From positions 496,001-560,000 of the forward strand of contig JAHLTZ010000010.1 in the NCBI GenBank assembly GCA_025786725.1: 64,000 nt of DNA, given 5' to 3'. Under the pieces are notes generated by a model, which saw only the letters and a program-made list of their open reading frames with translations, did no database searches and was not told the DNA's origin. Positions 12,901-28,866 of the stretch are shown piece after piece; the first letter of the stretch is position 1, and every line of letters starts with the position of its first letter. Origin of the DNA: Syncephalis fuscata S228 (taxonomy: Eukaryota; Fungi; Zoopagomycota). Both the position numbers and the translations under genes were made by a program.

Positions 12901-15900
12901 TCAAGTATTGCGCAATAATCCTTGTTTAGTAGCATCATCCACTAATCTTTGCGCCTCTTGTAATCGTCCTACTGCTTTTAATGCCTGAATAGCCATGCTA
13001 TACGCAATAGTATCTGGGCAGATTTTTACGTTCGTTGTATCATATAACGAGTTTTGCTTCAAATACTGCTGCCAACGACGCCACCATCGAATAACGGCCC
13101 ACCATCGCTTGTAACGAGCATGTGCACCCATGACAATCTTGAATGTTCTTAAAGAGGGTGTGGGCATTTTGTGCATTGGTATAGCTGTCGTTGCAGTTGA
13201 AACACTTGTATGAGTGTCGACTAAAAAGTGGCGATTAGCTTCTTTTGGTTTAGTGGATGACTTGATCATGCTATCAAGTACACGATCTGCCATTGATAGT
13301 GTAGGATCATGCCGTCCAATAACGCCCGATAATACGGCATTCCAATGAACGGTATTTAGTGACAGCTCTGTCTCTCGAGCTTTTATCGTCGATGATTCTC
13401 GTTGTAGTCGATGCAAAATCTGAAAAGCCGTTTCTACACCTTGCTCGCCCTGTAATCTACTGTAGCCGGCCAGCAATGAAGCATAAAACGTGCATCTGGT
13501 TCATTTTTTGCTGTTTCATAATGTTCAATAAATAGCCAACAGCTGATAAATCGGCATGGCGTAAACTACTACGTAGCAATACAGTAATCAATGGTAAATC
13601 CGCTTGTAGTTGCTGGGTCTTTAGCTGTCTAAGCACTTGTCTAACTGAAATGGGTCGTCCGAATCTAGCTCGTGTATCGGTCAGAATGGTCATACCGATT
13701 AGATTGGGCCAATAACCGTCCACTAACAATAAACGGTGCATTCGTCGTACATTTAATATACTGCCCGACTGACGATAGGCCTGCATTAGTTGAAGATAAA
13801 GCTGTATGGGCAAATGATTTTTAGAGTTGGCGCGTAATTGTCCAAATAGCTGACGAGCTATATCAACCTGTCCAAGTCGAGCAAACGAACTGATAAATGC
13901 TGGCATAGACGATACATTTGTTGATTTGAAAGCCAAGTGCCACAACTCATTTAGCATCTGTATATCTGTTGATTCTGTTGCAAGAAGTGATAGCGTTTTA
14001 GGAGTAATTGCATGGCCATCCTGCTTCATAGCTGCTAATAATGAATATCCAGCTGAATATCGATCATCTTTTGCTAAAAGGCGTGAATCGACTAATACCG
14101 AGGACAAAAGTCGGTTATAACCTGTTGTATCGCGTCTTAATGCATACTGATCCCATGCAAATGAGCGTAAATAAGCTGATAAGTGGTTTCTAGTTGATGT
14201 TTGTTTATCATCTGGTTGATTACGTCGATTTGCATAGGCCAATAACCATAGCCACTGTGATGCATTCATTTCAACGTGATTCATATCCATCCATTGTATT
14301 AGCTGGCCCATTTCCTTAGGAGAGGCATGGTATCGTAGTAGTCCACGCATAGCTATATTAGTTGTATCATAGCTGGCTTTATCGTGCATTTCAGTCGTCG
14401 ATTCGTTATAAAGACGCAAAAAATCGGCTCGTTTTTGATCATAAGCACTTGTTGATGCGCGTTCTCGAACTAGTGCACGCATCATCATACGTCGGGCTAA
14501 TGCTTGTCCATCTGAAGAATCGACGTCATGTCTATTGATACTAGGTAATTGTTGAAAAAGTGCATTTACTGCTTCAACTGGCGACATTCGATGTTCGAGT
14601 AATCGTAAAGCAAGTTTACATACAGATTCATCAATGCCGTCGTCCAGCTGCGTTAATCGATGCCATATTCGCATAAATCCGTGTTGATCATTACGTTGTG
14701 CGTAACATTTTAGTAATAAATAAAAAGTACGTTTATCTGGTGATGGCGAACCAAATTGCTCCATTTGTTCTAATCGTTCAACAGCTTTTGACCAATGGCC
14801 TGCCGCTATATCTGCCGCTATCCATATATTATAGGTAACAATATCAGCCTGGTAATTGAGCGAATTTAACGCTATTGAAGACGTTGGAGTAAGGATAGAG
14901 GTACCGTTAATATCTATACTATTTGGTATAGATGATGCTGGTTCACTAGATAATAGAGTATTGGGTAGTGTGCCATGTTGCATTGCTTTGAATAATTGTT
15001 GAGCATTCAGATAGTCGTCCTGTTCTATATAAGCGCGTAATGTCATATTACATTGAGCGTTGGTTGGAGTCCAATTGACGTGAATAAGCTGTTTGAACAA
15101 ATCCACTACTCGATCCCAGCGTTGCAAGCGTAAGCAGGTACTCATCATTGCCGTATAGACGCCAGGTGGTGGCGGGGCCGGTGCCAGATCTTCTTGGCAT
15201 TGTTTAAAGAGCTTTTCTGCTGCAGCGGGTACTTGATAATAGGCACATACCGTAAGTAACGATGCATATTCATGCGCAGGTAGTCTCTTTTTTGTTAAAC
15301 GCATATCGCGAATTACTTTCATAATGCGCTTTACAATGACTTGTCCCTGACGATGCTGATGCTGAGAATGCATCAAGTTGGCCGACTGATAATTATCTGA
15401 TATGTCTTGCTCGTGATGATCTAGCTTTGCCGTATGTTTATCACTACCTCGAAGTAAGCCAAGAATAGCTTTAAAATCCGCCTTTTTCAATAAAGCAAGT
15501 GAACCTCGCCATCGAGCTACATTGGTATAGGCATGCCACATGGTATTTACCGTTGCTGATGGACATGTTAATATATCACGTAGTTCATCCACAAGCTGTT
15601 GTTTAGTACGGGAAGAAGGGTGGGCTGGCTGTTGAATAAAAGACGTATTTGGCCTTAACTTATTGTCTATTGGTATCCTTTTAAATGATGGAATAGTATT
15701 AGGTGTAGTTGGCAATTTTAGCTGAGTCGAAGAAGCACGAATACGCGAAGAAAGCGGTACTAATCGATCGGATGATATAGGTGATTTGGTATGCTGTTCA
15801 GATTTAGCATTTGTTTCCATATCTGTTTCTTCTGAAAAAGCAGTTGTATTAGTAGCTAATACGCTATTAAAACGTCGTTGAACATTAGCATTAGTTGTTG

Positions 15901-16030
15901 TATTAACAAAATGTGAAAATGTGTGTAAATAACACCAATCTTGAATAATAGAAGTAGCTTTAAAACAAGTAGCTGGCCTTAACATTATTTGCTTGGACTG
16001 GTTATGTTGTATTAATTTTACTGCTTTCAC
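12901..16030 (-). CDS. Pentatricopeptide-repeat (PPR) protein, probably mitochondrial; apparent frameshift near 13480-13505
   Basis: Repeated PPR-like motifs (ADIVTYNIWI, PDKRTFYLLL, PDTIAYSMAI). The two overlapping ORFs join as KPDARFYASLLAGY if two homopolymer bases are restored. Start codon uncertain. Confidence 0.8.
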
Positions 16031-18519
16031 ATCTAGTGTATTTTCTATTATTATTATTATTATTATTATTACATAATATATTATTTCACATCGACTTACG
16101 ATTAAATATTAGATCTGACAACAAATCATGTGATGCCAAATTAAAAGTATGTGTTGTCTTTAAACGCTGGATTGAGCTATAAAGTAAGGCTAGTTTATAA
16201 GATTGTTGTTCTATGCTATAATTATAGTTATAGTTGTTGTTTTTACTGCGAATGCTATTCCACCGTCGATGTCGTCGACGATGCTGCCAGCTACCGATGG
16301 TACATACTTGCGATTGAAGCAATTGACGTCGCTTATCATTAGTAGACGCTGGCTTTAGCCATTTATTGCGAGCCATTTGATTGTACACTTGCTCTATCGC
16401 TATGGGTTGCTGACATCGGCTATAGACACTATTGATTCTATTCCTCATTTGAGGAATAAATGCTGACGACGTATCTTTTTGAGTGCAATTGCTTACATGC
16501 AATGAGAATAGCTGTGATGGCAAAAGAAACGACGGTGGGTGCTGTACTATTGATAAATCTGGACGTAACTGCAATTGCAGCTGTTTCGCTTGCAATTGCT
16601 CTCGTCTTTGTTCTTGCAATTGCTGTAGTCGTGGTCGTTGTCTTCGTCCTGTATCACGACTCGCTTGGTAAACATTGGCGCTTCGAGCGCATACACATCC
16701 ACGCATACAAGCGTGTATGCGCGCCCGCTTACACGATGGGACACGTCTGTACACTTAATCTTGGACGCAATAGTGGCGGTAATATACCTATAATCGCGCC
16801 AGTACCTCGCTTGTATACTGCTGTACAAGAATCGCCAGCCTTGTTGAATCCAAAAAGTAATGGTTTGCGTAAAACACGATCGCTACAAGATCGTACAATT
16901 TAACGCAAGTACAAGGCTGCCAGCAGTTACAAGAAGCAATACTGGGTCAAGGAATAAAATTGATCCAGAGTCAAGAAAAGAATTAAGGAAAAAAGGGAAA
17001 GACGCGTGTATGCGATAAAGAAAGATCGTATATTAACGGAACTGAATCGTCGTCATCAATAATAACCGAATAATTGGTGGCATTAATAAACGGAGCTACT
17101 TCCCTTTGTGCCCCTAGCTTCAAATTAGACAAAAAAATCCGTAACTCGAATAGTAAACCGTCGATCAGTTTTTACTACTAAGAATTGTTACTTGTTGTAG
17201 TGCCACATCTCCAATTGAGTTAATCAAAATCTTAATTAATCTGCACTATTTCAACATTCGGTATTAGTGTTAATAAATGTTGTAGTATTCCATGTTACTT
17301 AAAATAAAATATAATCAATAGATAAATGTTGATCCATATTGTTGTTGCTGTAAAGTATTCAAAGCATTATAATTTGATATTTAATATAACTCACCATCCA
17401 GTTCCATGTTTAGTAGAACAACAAATATGTAGTTTAATCAAGCAAAAGATGTTAGCTTTGATATTTTAACACTAAATCATATAAGTCTACTAATAAATTA
17501 ATTAATATTAGTAAAATATTTTACTTTAACTCTCTCATTTTTATTTACTCATTTCATCCCTCAACACTTTTAAATACAATTAAACATTTACTCATCACTA
17601 TAACATGTATAATATTACATCCAATATTAACTAATTCATGTGTAATTATCAGTACAATAATCTAATTAATTAGTTATTTTTATTATTGCTTTAATATATA
17701 TATTGTCACTTATGATATTGATTGTTCAAATGCCATTTATTTAGTTAGATTGGCTATAGGGAAAGCGGTTGTTTAATAAACGACATTTATAATAGTTATA
17801 TTAATTTTGTTCTTACATCACAAATATGCCCAAAATACAATAGTAGAATATTAGAAAATAGAATAAACAATTCAGATGCAATACTACATGCTATACGTAG
17901 ATGCAGCAAAAATCAATGTAGAATGACATGAAATCGTAACCATATGGCTTCTATTAATATTCAAGCAATCTTTCTACACATGACCAACAACAATAATGAT
18001 CGGCCTCGTGAATTTCAAAGTAGTCAAATGAAAAAATATAACTATGTAGTGTATAATAACAATATGACTTCAATTGGAACGAATTTTGCTTCAAGGACCC
18101 CAAATGTAGAAGTCAAAGTAAAGTTTAGCCAATTATAATTACGCCAGCCTACAGTACTTGAATCGTCTGCTGCTTGATATTGGATTATTCAAATAAAGCT
18201 GGCATAACATTGCATCGACAAATCACATTTCTCAGTAGTAAAAGCTGGTCGACGGCTTTTTGTTCAAGCTATTGATCTTTTTGTCCCAGTTTAAGGATAA
18301 AAACTTAAAGTGAAATAGCTAAATAACATATCAACTCTATTATTTGGTTAGAATTTATTTACATAGCAATATAGTCAATCATATGTATTGTTAAAAGATT
18401 AATTTATTGTTCAGTTATTTTGTTATAGCCATATCAAAAAATACGTAAAAGCACAAAAATAAAACATTATTTTAACATAATTATTTATTGTTTTAATTGC
18501 TAAGGTATAGATACAATGA

Positions 18520-19788
18520 TTAAATTAAAGAGACACGCGTTCGAGCTAATCCTCCACGAAATAGCCAGCCAGGTCGAGCAGTATTTTGCAATCGTCGATA
18601 GCCTTCAATGACATGTTCTGGCTGAATAGGTGTCCGTCTTGTATCTGGTGGAGCAAATAAGCCGCCGCTTCCACTAGCTGAATTACTGCCATCGACCTCT
18701 TGATTCGTGTCACCATTGGTTGCTGCATCGCCACCGTCGCCATCATTGGCTATTTTGTGCAAAGGGTCGACATTACCTAGATTTGATGCCGCTGCCGCAG
18801 CTGTCTCGGCTCGCTTCACTGCCAAAGCGGCCTCCGTAATGGTACGAACCATTTCAAAGCTAAGAAAGCCAAGAATATCAATCAGATCGTCATTGGGCTT
18901 CGAATCAACATAGGCCGACATATTGGCCCAGTCACGAAATCGTTTGCCTTTACGATACGTAAATGATGCTTGTCGACATTCGCTATAGTGTACATATTCG
19001 TCGCGTGTCATACGACGTGTAACTTCGTCGGCATCCTTTATACAGTATTAATACCGTAATGAGTACAGTATAAAGGTTAATTCATACCTTTAATCGCTGC
19101 ATTGAATCCCTATACATTTCAATTTCTTCTTCATCGTCGTCTTCATCCTCGTCCTCGTTTAAAACATCTGTATATGTATTAATAAGTTCCCAAGGCAGTT
19201 TAATGCGTTTTCTTCCTTTAGCTGGTCGATCAGTCGCTAAATGAATAAATACAAATTGAATTGTATTAGATGATGGCATTGACAGTGTCATAAATTGCCT
19301 ACCTGCTTCCGCTTCCTCAACCAATTCCTCTGCCGGCTCTCCAGCACCAGGGCCTGCAGGACCACCCTGCGAATCTTTTGCATTACGTCGTACATCTTTC
19401 CAACTTAAAAATGTGCGTAATCGATTAATTTTAGATCTAAAATCATCCATTAATATTATTATACGCAATTACACAGCTCTAGTCTAACCTATCATGTCGA
19501 ATAGTAAACATTAGATCTTCTTGTGTAAAACCACGGCCTCCACGCTTTTGTGACTGAGAAGCCGCTTGTATAGTCTGTTATTACATGGTCATATATATAC
19601 AATTAGAATGTGTGTGTTATTTAATCAACAACACTTACAAGTTCAATAACCTGTGCTCGTACAATATCTTCAACTAGTGCTGTTGTCTCAGGTAATGCGT
19701 CTGCTACCTCGCCGAAAACAAACATCATTTGTTGAATCTCGGTAGTGTACCGATAGCGACGCGTCGAAGCTGGTGTAATAGTTGACAT
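18520..19788 (-). CDS. SPT3: SAGA complex subunit Spt3 (multi-exon)
   Basis: Motifs YTTEIQQMMFVFGE, RLRTFLSWKDVRR, MTRDEYVHYSECRQASFTYRKGKRFRDW and DILGFLSFEMV. Confidence 0.93.
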
Positions 19789-19856
19789 TGTTGAATGAGC
19801 AACAAGTGAAAAAGAATCTAAAGAGACAAGGTTGACAATTTACATCTTTTCATACA

Positions 19857-21030
19857 ATGTTAACCAATCAACAAAAGATTGCCTTTCATCGCGAAGGCTA
19901 TCTTACACTGAACTCAGGTAGATATCCTGTCTTGCTTAAGTGTTGGAGAGTAACGTTAGTTTTTCAGTTTTAGAAGATAAACAGCTGCGAGTATTTAGGT
20001 GCGACTGCGAAGAATGGCTAGAACGGCTTGAAAGTTTAGATATTCTAGCCAATACAGGCTGCGTTATTGGTAAGTAGCACTGCAATATATATATATATAT
20101 ATATATATGAATTGAGTTATGGAACTAACACTTAATAGAACCGATGTTGAATAGTCAAATAGAATTGACTATGCCTTCTTGTCGATGGAATACTAGTGAC
20201 TACCAATGTGCTCGTTGGAACACACGACCAATTGCTGGCCAGGTGCTACTTAATCTACTACCAAATATCGTAGCCGATTTGTTGCCATCGCCGGAAACAT
20301 TATGTTTGGTAGGTAACCAATAGAGTGTTATTGTGTATTTGTTTTAATCGTTTATATGTGTGCAGTACAATGAACAATATATTGTTAAACCACCCTGTAC
20401 TTCTTATGGTTCTACATTTGTATGGCATCAGGTAAATAAGTGGTTTAAATTGATAAAATAATTAAATGGTAGTGTTAGGATAGTGAATATTTACACGATA
20501 CAGCCCGCCGTATTCCAACTATTGCATGTTGGATTCCGTTGGACGATGTAGATCAAGTAAGTGTTTATTGAATAAATAATAGTAGACTTATACTATTTAT
20601 AAAGACCAATGGAACGGTACAAATAGAACCGTATCCTAAAATGTCGGATGAGCATAGCAGCGATTTGCAGCTATCCAATTTGCGAAATATACAGCATTAT
20701 ATTACATGGCATAATAGACAGTCTAGTATGTATGCCACATGTAACGTATATCCTACTCCTGGCATGACCAACAATTCAACAATCACCGTGTCGTTACCAG
20801 CTGGTTCCATTCTCCTAATGTCAGATCGAGTGCGTCACTGTAGCCAAGGAAATGCCAGCCAACGGACACGTCGCGTATTTATGGCACAATATTCATCTGG
20901 TATTGTGCCAGCTGAACATACAAATAATAACAATAATAGTAATAATACTGGTATTGATAATAGCATCAATACTGAACCAATTGCACTTGCCGTTCCAGTC
21001 GAGTTGAGTCAAAGTGAGCAATTTTGTTAA
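19857..21030 (+). CDS. Phytanoyl-CoA dioxygenase (PhyH)-family Fe/2-oxoglutarate oxygenase (multi-exon)
   Basis: N-terminus MLTNQQKIAFHREGYL; motifs NEQYIVKPP, WHQD, CWIPLDDVD..NGT and HCSQGNAS..RR. Confidence 0.8.
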
Positions 21031-21159
21031 AATACGAATAAATTGTGCTCGTTGAGCGTTTTTTGTTTTGTTTGTGACATTTTCGCGTTTTATTGTTTGC
21101 TTTATCTTTACATTACAACACCGCGTCTACCACGACAGTTACTGCCAATAGTATTCACC

Positions 21160-22585
<1,426 letters not shown>

Positions 22586-23071
22586 GATTTACATTTATAC
22601 TTGAGAATAAATTGTAGATTTATATAAACTGTTAAAAATAATGTAGATTCAAATGACTAGCCAAAAGTGCATGGACATTGATAGACAAGGTATGGTTAAT
22701 AGAGTGTAGAATAATATAAAAATGAGTAAAAGAGAATGTATGAACAATACCGGTGAAGATATAGTGTGTATGGCTGAGTGAGTATAATGGGCTAAAAGCA
22801 TAAAAATACAATTGGCAATAAACAAACAATCTTTATTAATAGCATGTATTTAGTAAACTATAGAACTATATACATTGTAATGGATATGAATGGAAATGAT
22901 ATGGATAGATAGAGTATCTATATAAACAGGATATGTGTGTACAATAAATCTATTATAATAAAAATCTACAATATTTTGTAAGCATGTTGACTTATTTAGT
23001 ATCAATAGAGCATATTGTACAGGCCTGCTGTTAATACATTTGCCTGATTAATGTTTACTAGTCATTGGATA

Positions 23072-26000
23072 TCAATCAAGTATGGCCATATACATAAGCT
23101 CAATTATATAATTAAAACAAAGTAACGTGTTTACTACTACAAGTTGTATGATTGAATATGCACAGCCAAATGCAGACTTGTTGGTAACATAGTAACGCCA
23201 TTGGTTAAAATCTGAATAATTCGGAGTATTGGCTAGAGGCTGGCATGTACATGGCCCGGACGGCTGCTGCCAAATAATCTTAATTTCTGTTGAATATATA
23301 CCTAGAATATATGGGACTAGCAGTCCAGCTATACAACCGGTACCAATGTCTTGAAGACGCCGGTTAACTTATGCTTGTAAATATATACAACACATGTCTT
23401 ATGATTAACTTATAGAGCAATAGTATACAATGTAACTTACGGACTATTGATACAGATTATAAGCACACATAACACGTAGTGTGTTTTAATACACAGCCAA
23501 TTAATATACAATGTCACTTGCTTGCTATTGACAGTTATTACGCACACATGACATGGTATATGATTAGTGTATAATTAATTGCTATACATTGCACTTACAA
23601 ACTGTTAACAAATGTTATTAAACGTGTAATGTATGGCATATTTTAGTACATAGACAGTCGATATACAATGTCACTTACGATCTATTATTACAAGTTGTTA
23701 AATACATAGTGCATAACTGATTGGTATAAAATGCCACTTACAGCCTATTAACAAAAATTGTAAAACATACAACATATGTCATATGTTTATTATAGCTTAT
23801 TGATGTATCGTGTCACTTACGATCTATTAGCACAAATTATTTAACAAACGGCGTACAACATATATTTAGTAAATGGGTTTTTAATAGATGGTGTCACTTA
23901 TTCCTAATAATACAAATTATTAAACAAACATTATATGGCATATGTCTAGCATATGGTTGTTTAATACATAATGCTACTTACCCCCTATTAACATAAATGA
24001 TAAACACGCAGTACATGGCACGTGTTTAATGCATGGCTGCTTGATATGCAATGCTACTTACGCTCTATTGATGCATATAATTAGACATATAATGCATAAA
24101 ATATGTTTAAAGCACATTCAATACTATACAATGTCACTTACTTTCTATTAAAACAAGTTATTAAACGCACAAAATATGACATATATTTAGTGCATGGCTG
24201 ACAATGTACAATTCCATTTACCATCTATTAGAAATGCCATTGAATGCATAGTTTAGAGTTTGTCTAATACGTAGCTGGAAATATGCGGTGTAACTTACTA
24301 ACTATTAATACAAGTTATTGGATACATAGTTATGGCATATGTTTAACGTATAGCTGATCAAAGTGTAATGCTACTTACCAAATATCATGATACCTTATTA
24401 AGCGCAAAGTGCACAATATATTTTAGTACATAGTTAGTTGATAGGCACTATTGCTTACCAACTATTAGCACAGTTCGTTAAACATGCAGTACAAGTTAAG
24501 TATTTAGCGTATAGATGATTAATGCACAATGCCACTTACAACCTATTAATACAAGTTATTGAACAAATCGTGCACAGTATATGTTTAGTGCATAACTAGT
24601 TGATGCGCAATGCTACTTACTCAACATTGAGAAAGCTTATTAAGCGCAAAGTAGCAGTACTTTTTAGTACATAGTTGGCTGATAGGCAATATTACTTACA
24701 AACTATCAACACAATTCGTTAAACAGGCAGTATGAGTTAAATGGTTAGTATATAGCCTATTGTTATACAATGCCACTTACTAACTATTAATATGGTTTGT
24801 TGAAAACAAAATACATGGCATGTATTTAGTGCTTAGCTGATTGGCATCCAATGGCACTTACGTACTATTGGTGCAGGCTATTAAACATACAATGAATAGT
24901 ATATACTTAGTGTATAGCCTATTGGTATACAGTGCCACTTACTACCTATTAACACAAGTTATTGGACAAGCGGTATATAGCATATGTTTAGTAAATGGTT
25001 TTTAATTGGCAATGTCACTTACTTCCTAATAATACGAATTATTAAACAAACGATATATGACATATGTTTACTGCCTAGATAATTACTATACTATACCACC
25101 TACCACCTAATAACAATTCACCAGATACCCAGAACACAGCATATGTTTAACACATAGCTGATTGTTATGCAATGGCACTTACAGCTATTAACAATTATAA
25201 AATACACGATATGTTTACGCATAGCTGTTCTATGGATATCACTTACTAACTATTATTACAAGTGATTAAACGCACAATGCATGGCATATGTTTAGTGCAT
25301 AGCTGACTGATATGCAATGTCACTTACGAACTATTAATATAGATTATTAAGCGTAAAGTATATATATCGTGTGTTTAATACATAACTGAGTAATATATAA
25401 TTTTACTTACCAGCTATTAGCACAAGTTATTAAACAGACAGTATACGATCTATGTTTAGTGCACAGCTGATTGGTATGCATTGCCACTTACTAACTATTA
25501 ACAAATGCCATTAAACATGCAATGTATGGCACATGCTTAATGTATAGCTAATCAATTCACAATGTCACTTACGATCTATTAGTACAAGTTGTTAAGCGCA
25601 TAGTGCACCGTATATGTTTAATGTATATCTGACTGTTATAAAATGCCACTTACGACCTATTAACAAAAGTTGTTAAGCATACAGCGCATGGCATGTATTT
25701 ATTATATATATTATTAATGTATCATGCCACTTACTATCTATTAGCACAAATTAGTAGACAAGCGGTGTATAATGTATGTTTAGCAAATGGGGTTTTAATA
25801 TACAATGCTACTTACTAACTATTAACACATGCCATCAGACAAACGGTATATGGCATATATTTAGTGCATAGACGAATGATACGCAACACTACTTACTTTC
25901 TATTGGAACAAGTTAAGTACAAAGTTCATGAGAATATTTAGTGCACAATCAATCGGTAGACAATCCAACCTACCTTCTATTAGCAGCCATTTAGTGTGCA

Positions 26001-27104
26001 ATACACAGTATCTATTAGTGCATAGCCGATTGATATACAGTTTCACTTGCCAACTATCAACATAAGTTGTTAAACACAAAGTGTATGGTATATGTTTAGC
26101 ACATAGCCAATTGACATGCAATGGCACTTACCTTCTGTTAACGCAAATAATTTAACACGCAGTGCATAGCATATGTTAATGCATACCCAACTACTATACA
26201 ATGCCACCTACGCTCTATTATAAAACGTTGTTAAGCATACAGCGCATGATAATATTTAGTGCATATCTAATCGATTTACAATGCCGCTTACTTTCTATTA
26301 GCAAGTTTATTAGGCACACGGTACATAGTTTATGTTTAGTACATAGTTGCTTAATAAGTAATGCCACTTACCAACTATTAACATAAAATGTTAAAAATGC
26401 AATGCATGGTACATGTTTAGTGCATAGCTGGTTGCTATACAATGCTACTTACGGTCTATTAATACAAGTTAATAAAAAGACAGTGCATAGTTTATTGCGA
26501 TCAATACCACTTACTTTCTATTAACAAAGATTTATTAAGCACACGGTACACGGGCTATATTTAGTGCATAGTTGATTGATATGTAACGTCACTTACTAAC
26601 TATCAACATAAGTTGTTAAAATATAGCACATAACATATGTTTAGGGCATAGATAATTGGTATACAGTGTCACTTACGACCTGTCAATATCAGTTAAACAT
26701 GCAGTGCATAAATATGCTTAATACATAGTTAATTAATGAACAATGTTACTTACGCTCTATTAATGTGAATCCAACATGTTAGCATTATCAATGTGGTATT
26801 TGATTTAGTATTTTATGTTAGACTTACCTTGCATTAATAACTCTAATTCGATTTAATTAGCAAATGATTTTATTGTGTTTAACGCACATGATAAAGTATG
26901 TTAAGTGCTGTGGCAGTGGCCCTTAAGCACAACTTACCGACTACTGTTACCATGGTCGGTTATATGTTAATAAAGTATTAATTTGTCTATTTATTGTAAT
27001 CACAACATACCAACATGAGCTGCGGCTGGCATAGCGTCCACCATGACTGTACTGGCTACAAAAGCCACAAGAAGGGTGCAGACAGTGGCAATAGAAAGCT
27101 TCAT
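23072..27104 (-). CDS. Micro-exon gene, copy 1 (one micro-exon reads 2 nt, at 25183-25184)
   Basis: Reverse complement of 40752-44792 with the same splice-site array. One unit carries about ten single-base deletions. Confidence 0.65.
23441..26756 (-). repeat. Tandem array of 43 diverged ~80 bp units (intron plus 3-nt exon), copy 1
   Basis: Periodic CACTTAC-NNN-CTATTA on the + strand, roughly every 80 bp. Confidence 0.95.
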
Positions 27105-28866
27105 GTTGATGTTGATTTGCTAAAACAGACAAACAAAATGAGCAATATAGTGTGGCTGATATAGAGTGAATGGCAGCGAATACTTGGCAGAAAGTAGATT
27201 GTAATGATGATACTATTAATTAGCCCTATGTATTTTGTAATCTATTTAAACACTTGGCTAGTCTGAGATACTAGTATTCTATGCTTATGGACTATCCTAT
27301 TGGGGTGCAATGTAACTAATAAAACATCCCACATGTGACTTAACGCACGCTTATACCAATACGTAGATGGTATGACAATGTACAGCCAGGCCTTACCGCA
27401 ACCCGTTTGGAATTTATGCAAATGATGTAGTGATGTCAATGGTCCAGTGCACATGCAGTTAAAATTTATATGCCTGTCTGTATTGCATTTCTGTACAATT
27501 CACCTATACAACGTAAACTAGTTTATTGATTTTACCGAAGCAACGATAATGCATTTCTGTGTCTTTGCTATTGCTTTCGCCAATAACTTCAACGCTCAAA
27601 TTCAGCATGCATTTCAAACAGCGCTTAGACACAGATGCAACAGCAGCATTAGCACACTGAATTTGTATTCCTTTAAAGACATAGACTATCGTGCATAAGC
27701 TGACTAGAATTTCTTAAATTATTAAAATACACTGATTGGTTCACACGCCCATTTAATTTGACACTGCGACTTGACTGCGGAAATGAACAGCTCATTTTAG
27801 CAATGTACTACCAACTGTTGATACTGGCTTGACCGTTAACAATTGCTTACCGACCTTTTGCACAGTAGTATTTTTGATAATAAATATTGAGTCCGAATAT
27901 CAATAGTGTCGATTATTTAAGCATAAAGCAATCTAAAGCCATTATGATGTACTTATTAGATCGTTTAGCCATGTGTGGACGATCTTGAGCTTACAGTAGC
28001 AATGCATGGCATATCAGTTGGTAGCAATTCTGGTTTACAAATGACTCATTCGGCAGTAACAAAAATGGCTTATCACAGATGCACAAATCAAACTGCATTG
28101 GAAAAAGGCCAGAGTCGGGATTTGGCAGTGGTGAATTCCATACAACTCCTCACCAGTCTAAATCAATGGCCACATGTCGTAGCAGCTTCAAGAGTTATAA
28201 TTTTTCATCAAAGCTATCCCTTTTAGCATTCAATATTGCTTTAGCTGTGGACAAGTTATTGCACAATAGAATGTTTTTAATATAAATATACACCTAATTA
28301 CTTTTTGCTTAATAAAACATTAATCTTTCCCGTTAATAGTATTCATTAGGTCAGATACCGTACCGATATTGTTAAAGTATTTTAGTTCATATTAGCAGAT
28401 ATAGCTTAAAATAAAAATTTTGTTTCATAGTTTACAGCTACATTTTCAAAACAATGCAAAAATGTTGCTTTTATTATTAAAAAATCAATGACGCATTCAA
28501 AGCACGAATGCTACATCTTCAGTATAAATTGAAACTAGAACTAAAAATAAAACACAGAAACACGCTATTTTATTAAGAAAACCGATACTAAAAAGTAGAG
28601 GCAGAAAGATATAGTAAAAGATAGACAAAAGTTTTATTGATGATAAAAATGCTATATTGCACTAACCATTAATTAATTACTAGCAATTTAATGTGATGCT
28701 ACACGACTATTGCCTTATATGGCACGACAACGTAATCATGCAAATGATTGGCTGTAAAATCCCATAGATGACGCACGCACAGCGTTATTTTTTTACTTTG
28801 ATGCATGTTTTCCATTCTCGCTGTATTTTAGTCTTAAGACTGTCTGAGCACCTGCGTAAATAGTTT

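Noticed and set aside
13457-13505. Programmed ribosomal frameshift in the PPR gene
   Set aside because: It is better explained by two missing homopolymer bases, and similar lesions occur in several unrelated genes in the window.
23441-26756. Non-coding satellite or centromeric repeat
   Set aside because: Conservation is concentrated on the AG and GT(AAGT) sites at fixed 3-nt spacing. The array is bracketed by a signal-peptide exon and an in-phase terminal exon.
25900-28285. Short track ORFs of 60-83 aa inside and beside the array, and their mirrors at 39572-41991
   Set aside because: They have no recognisable motifs. Their apparent conservation reflects only the inverted duplication, and 40724-40909 overlaps the real exon 1 in another frame.
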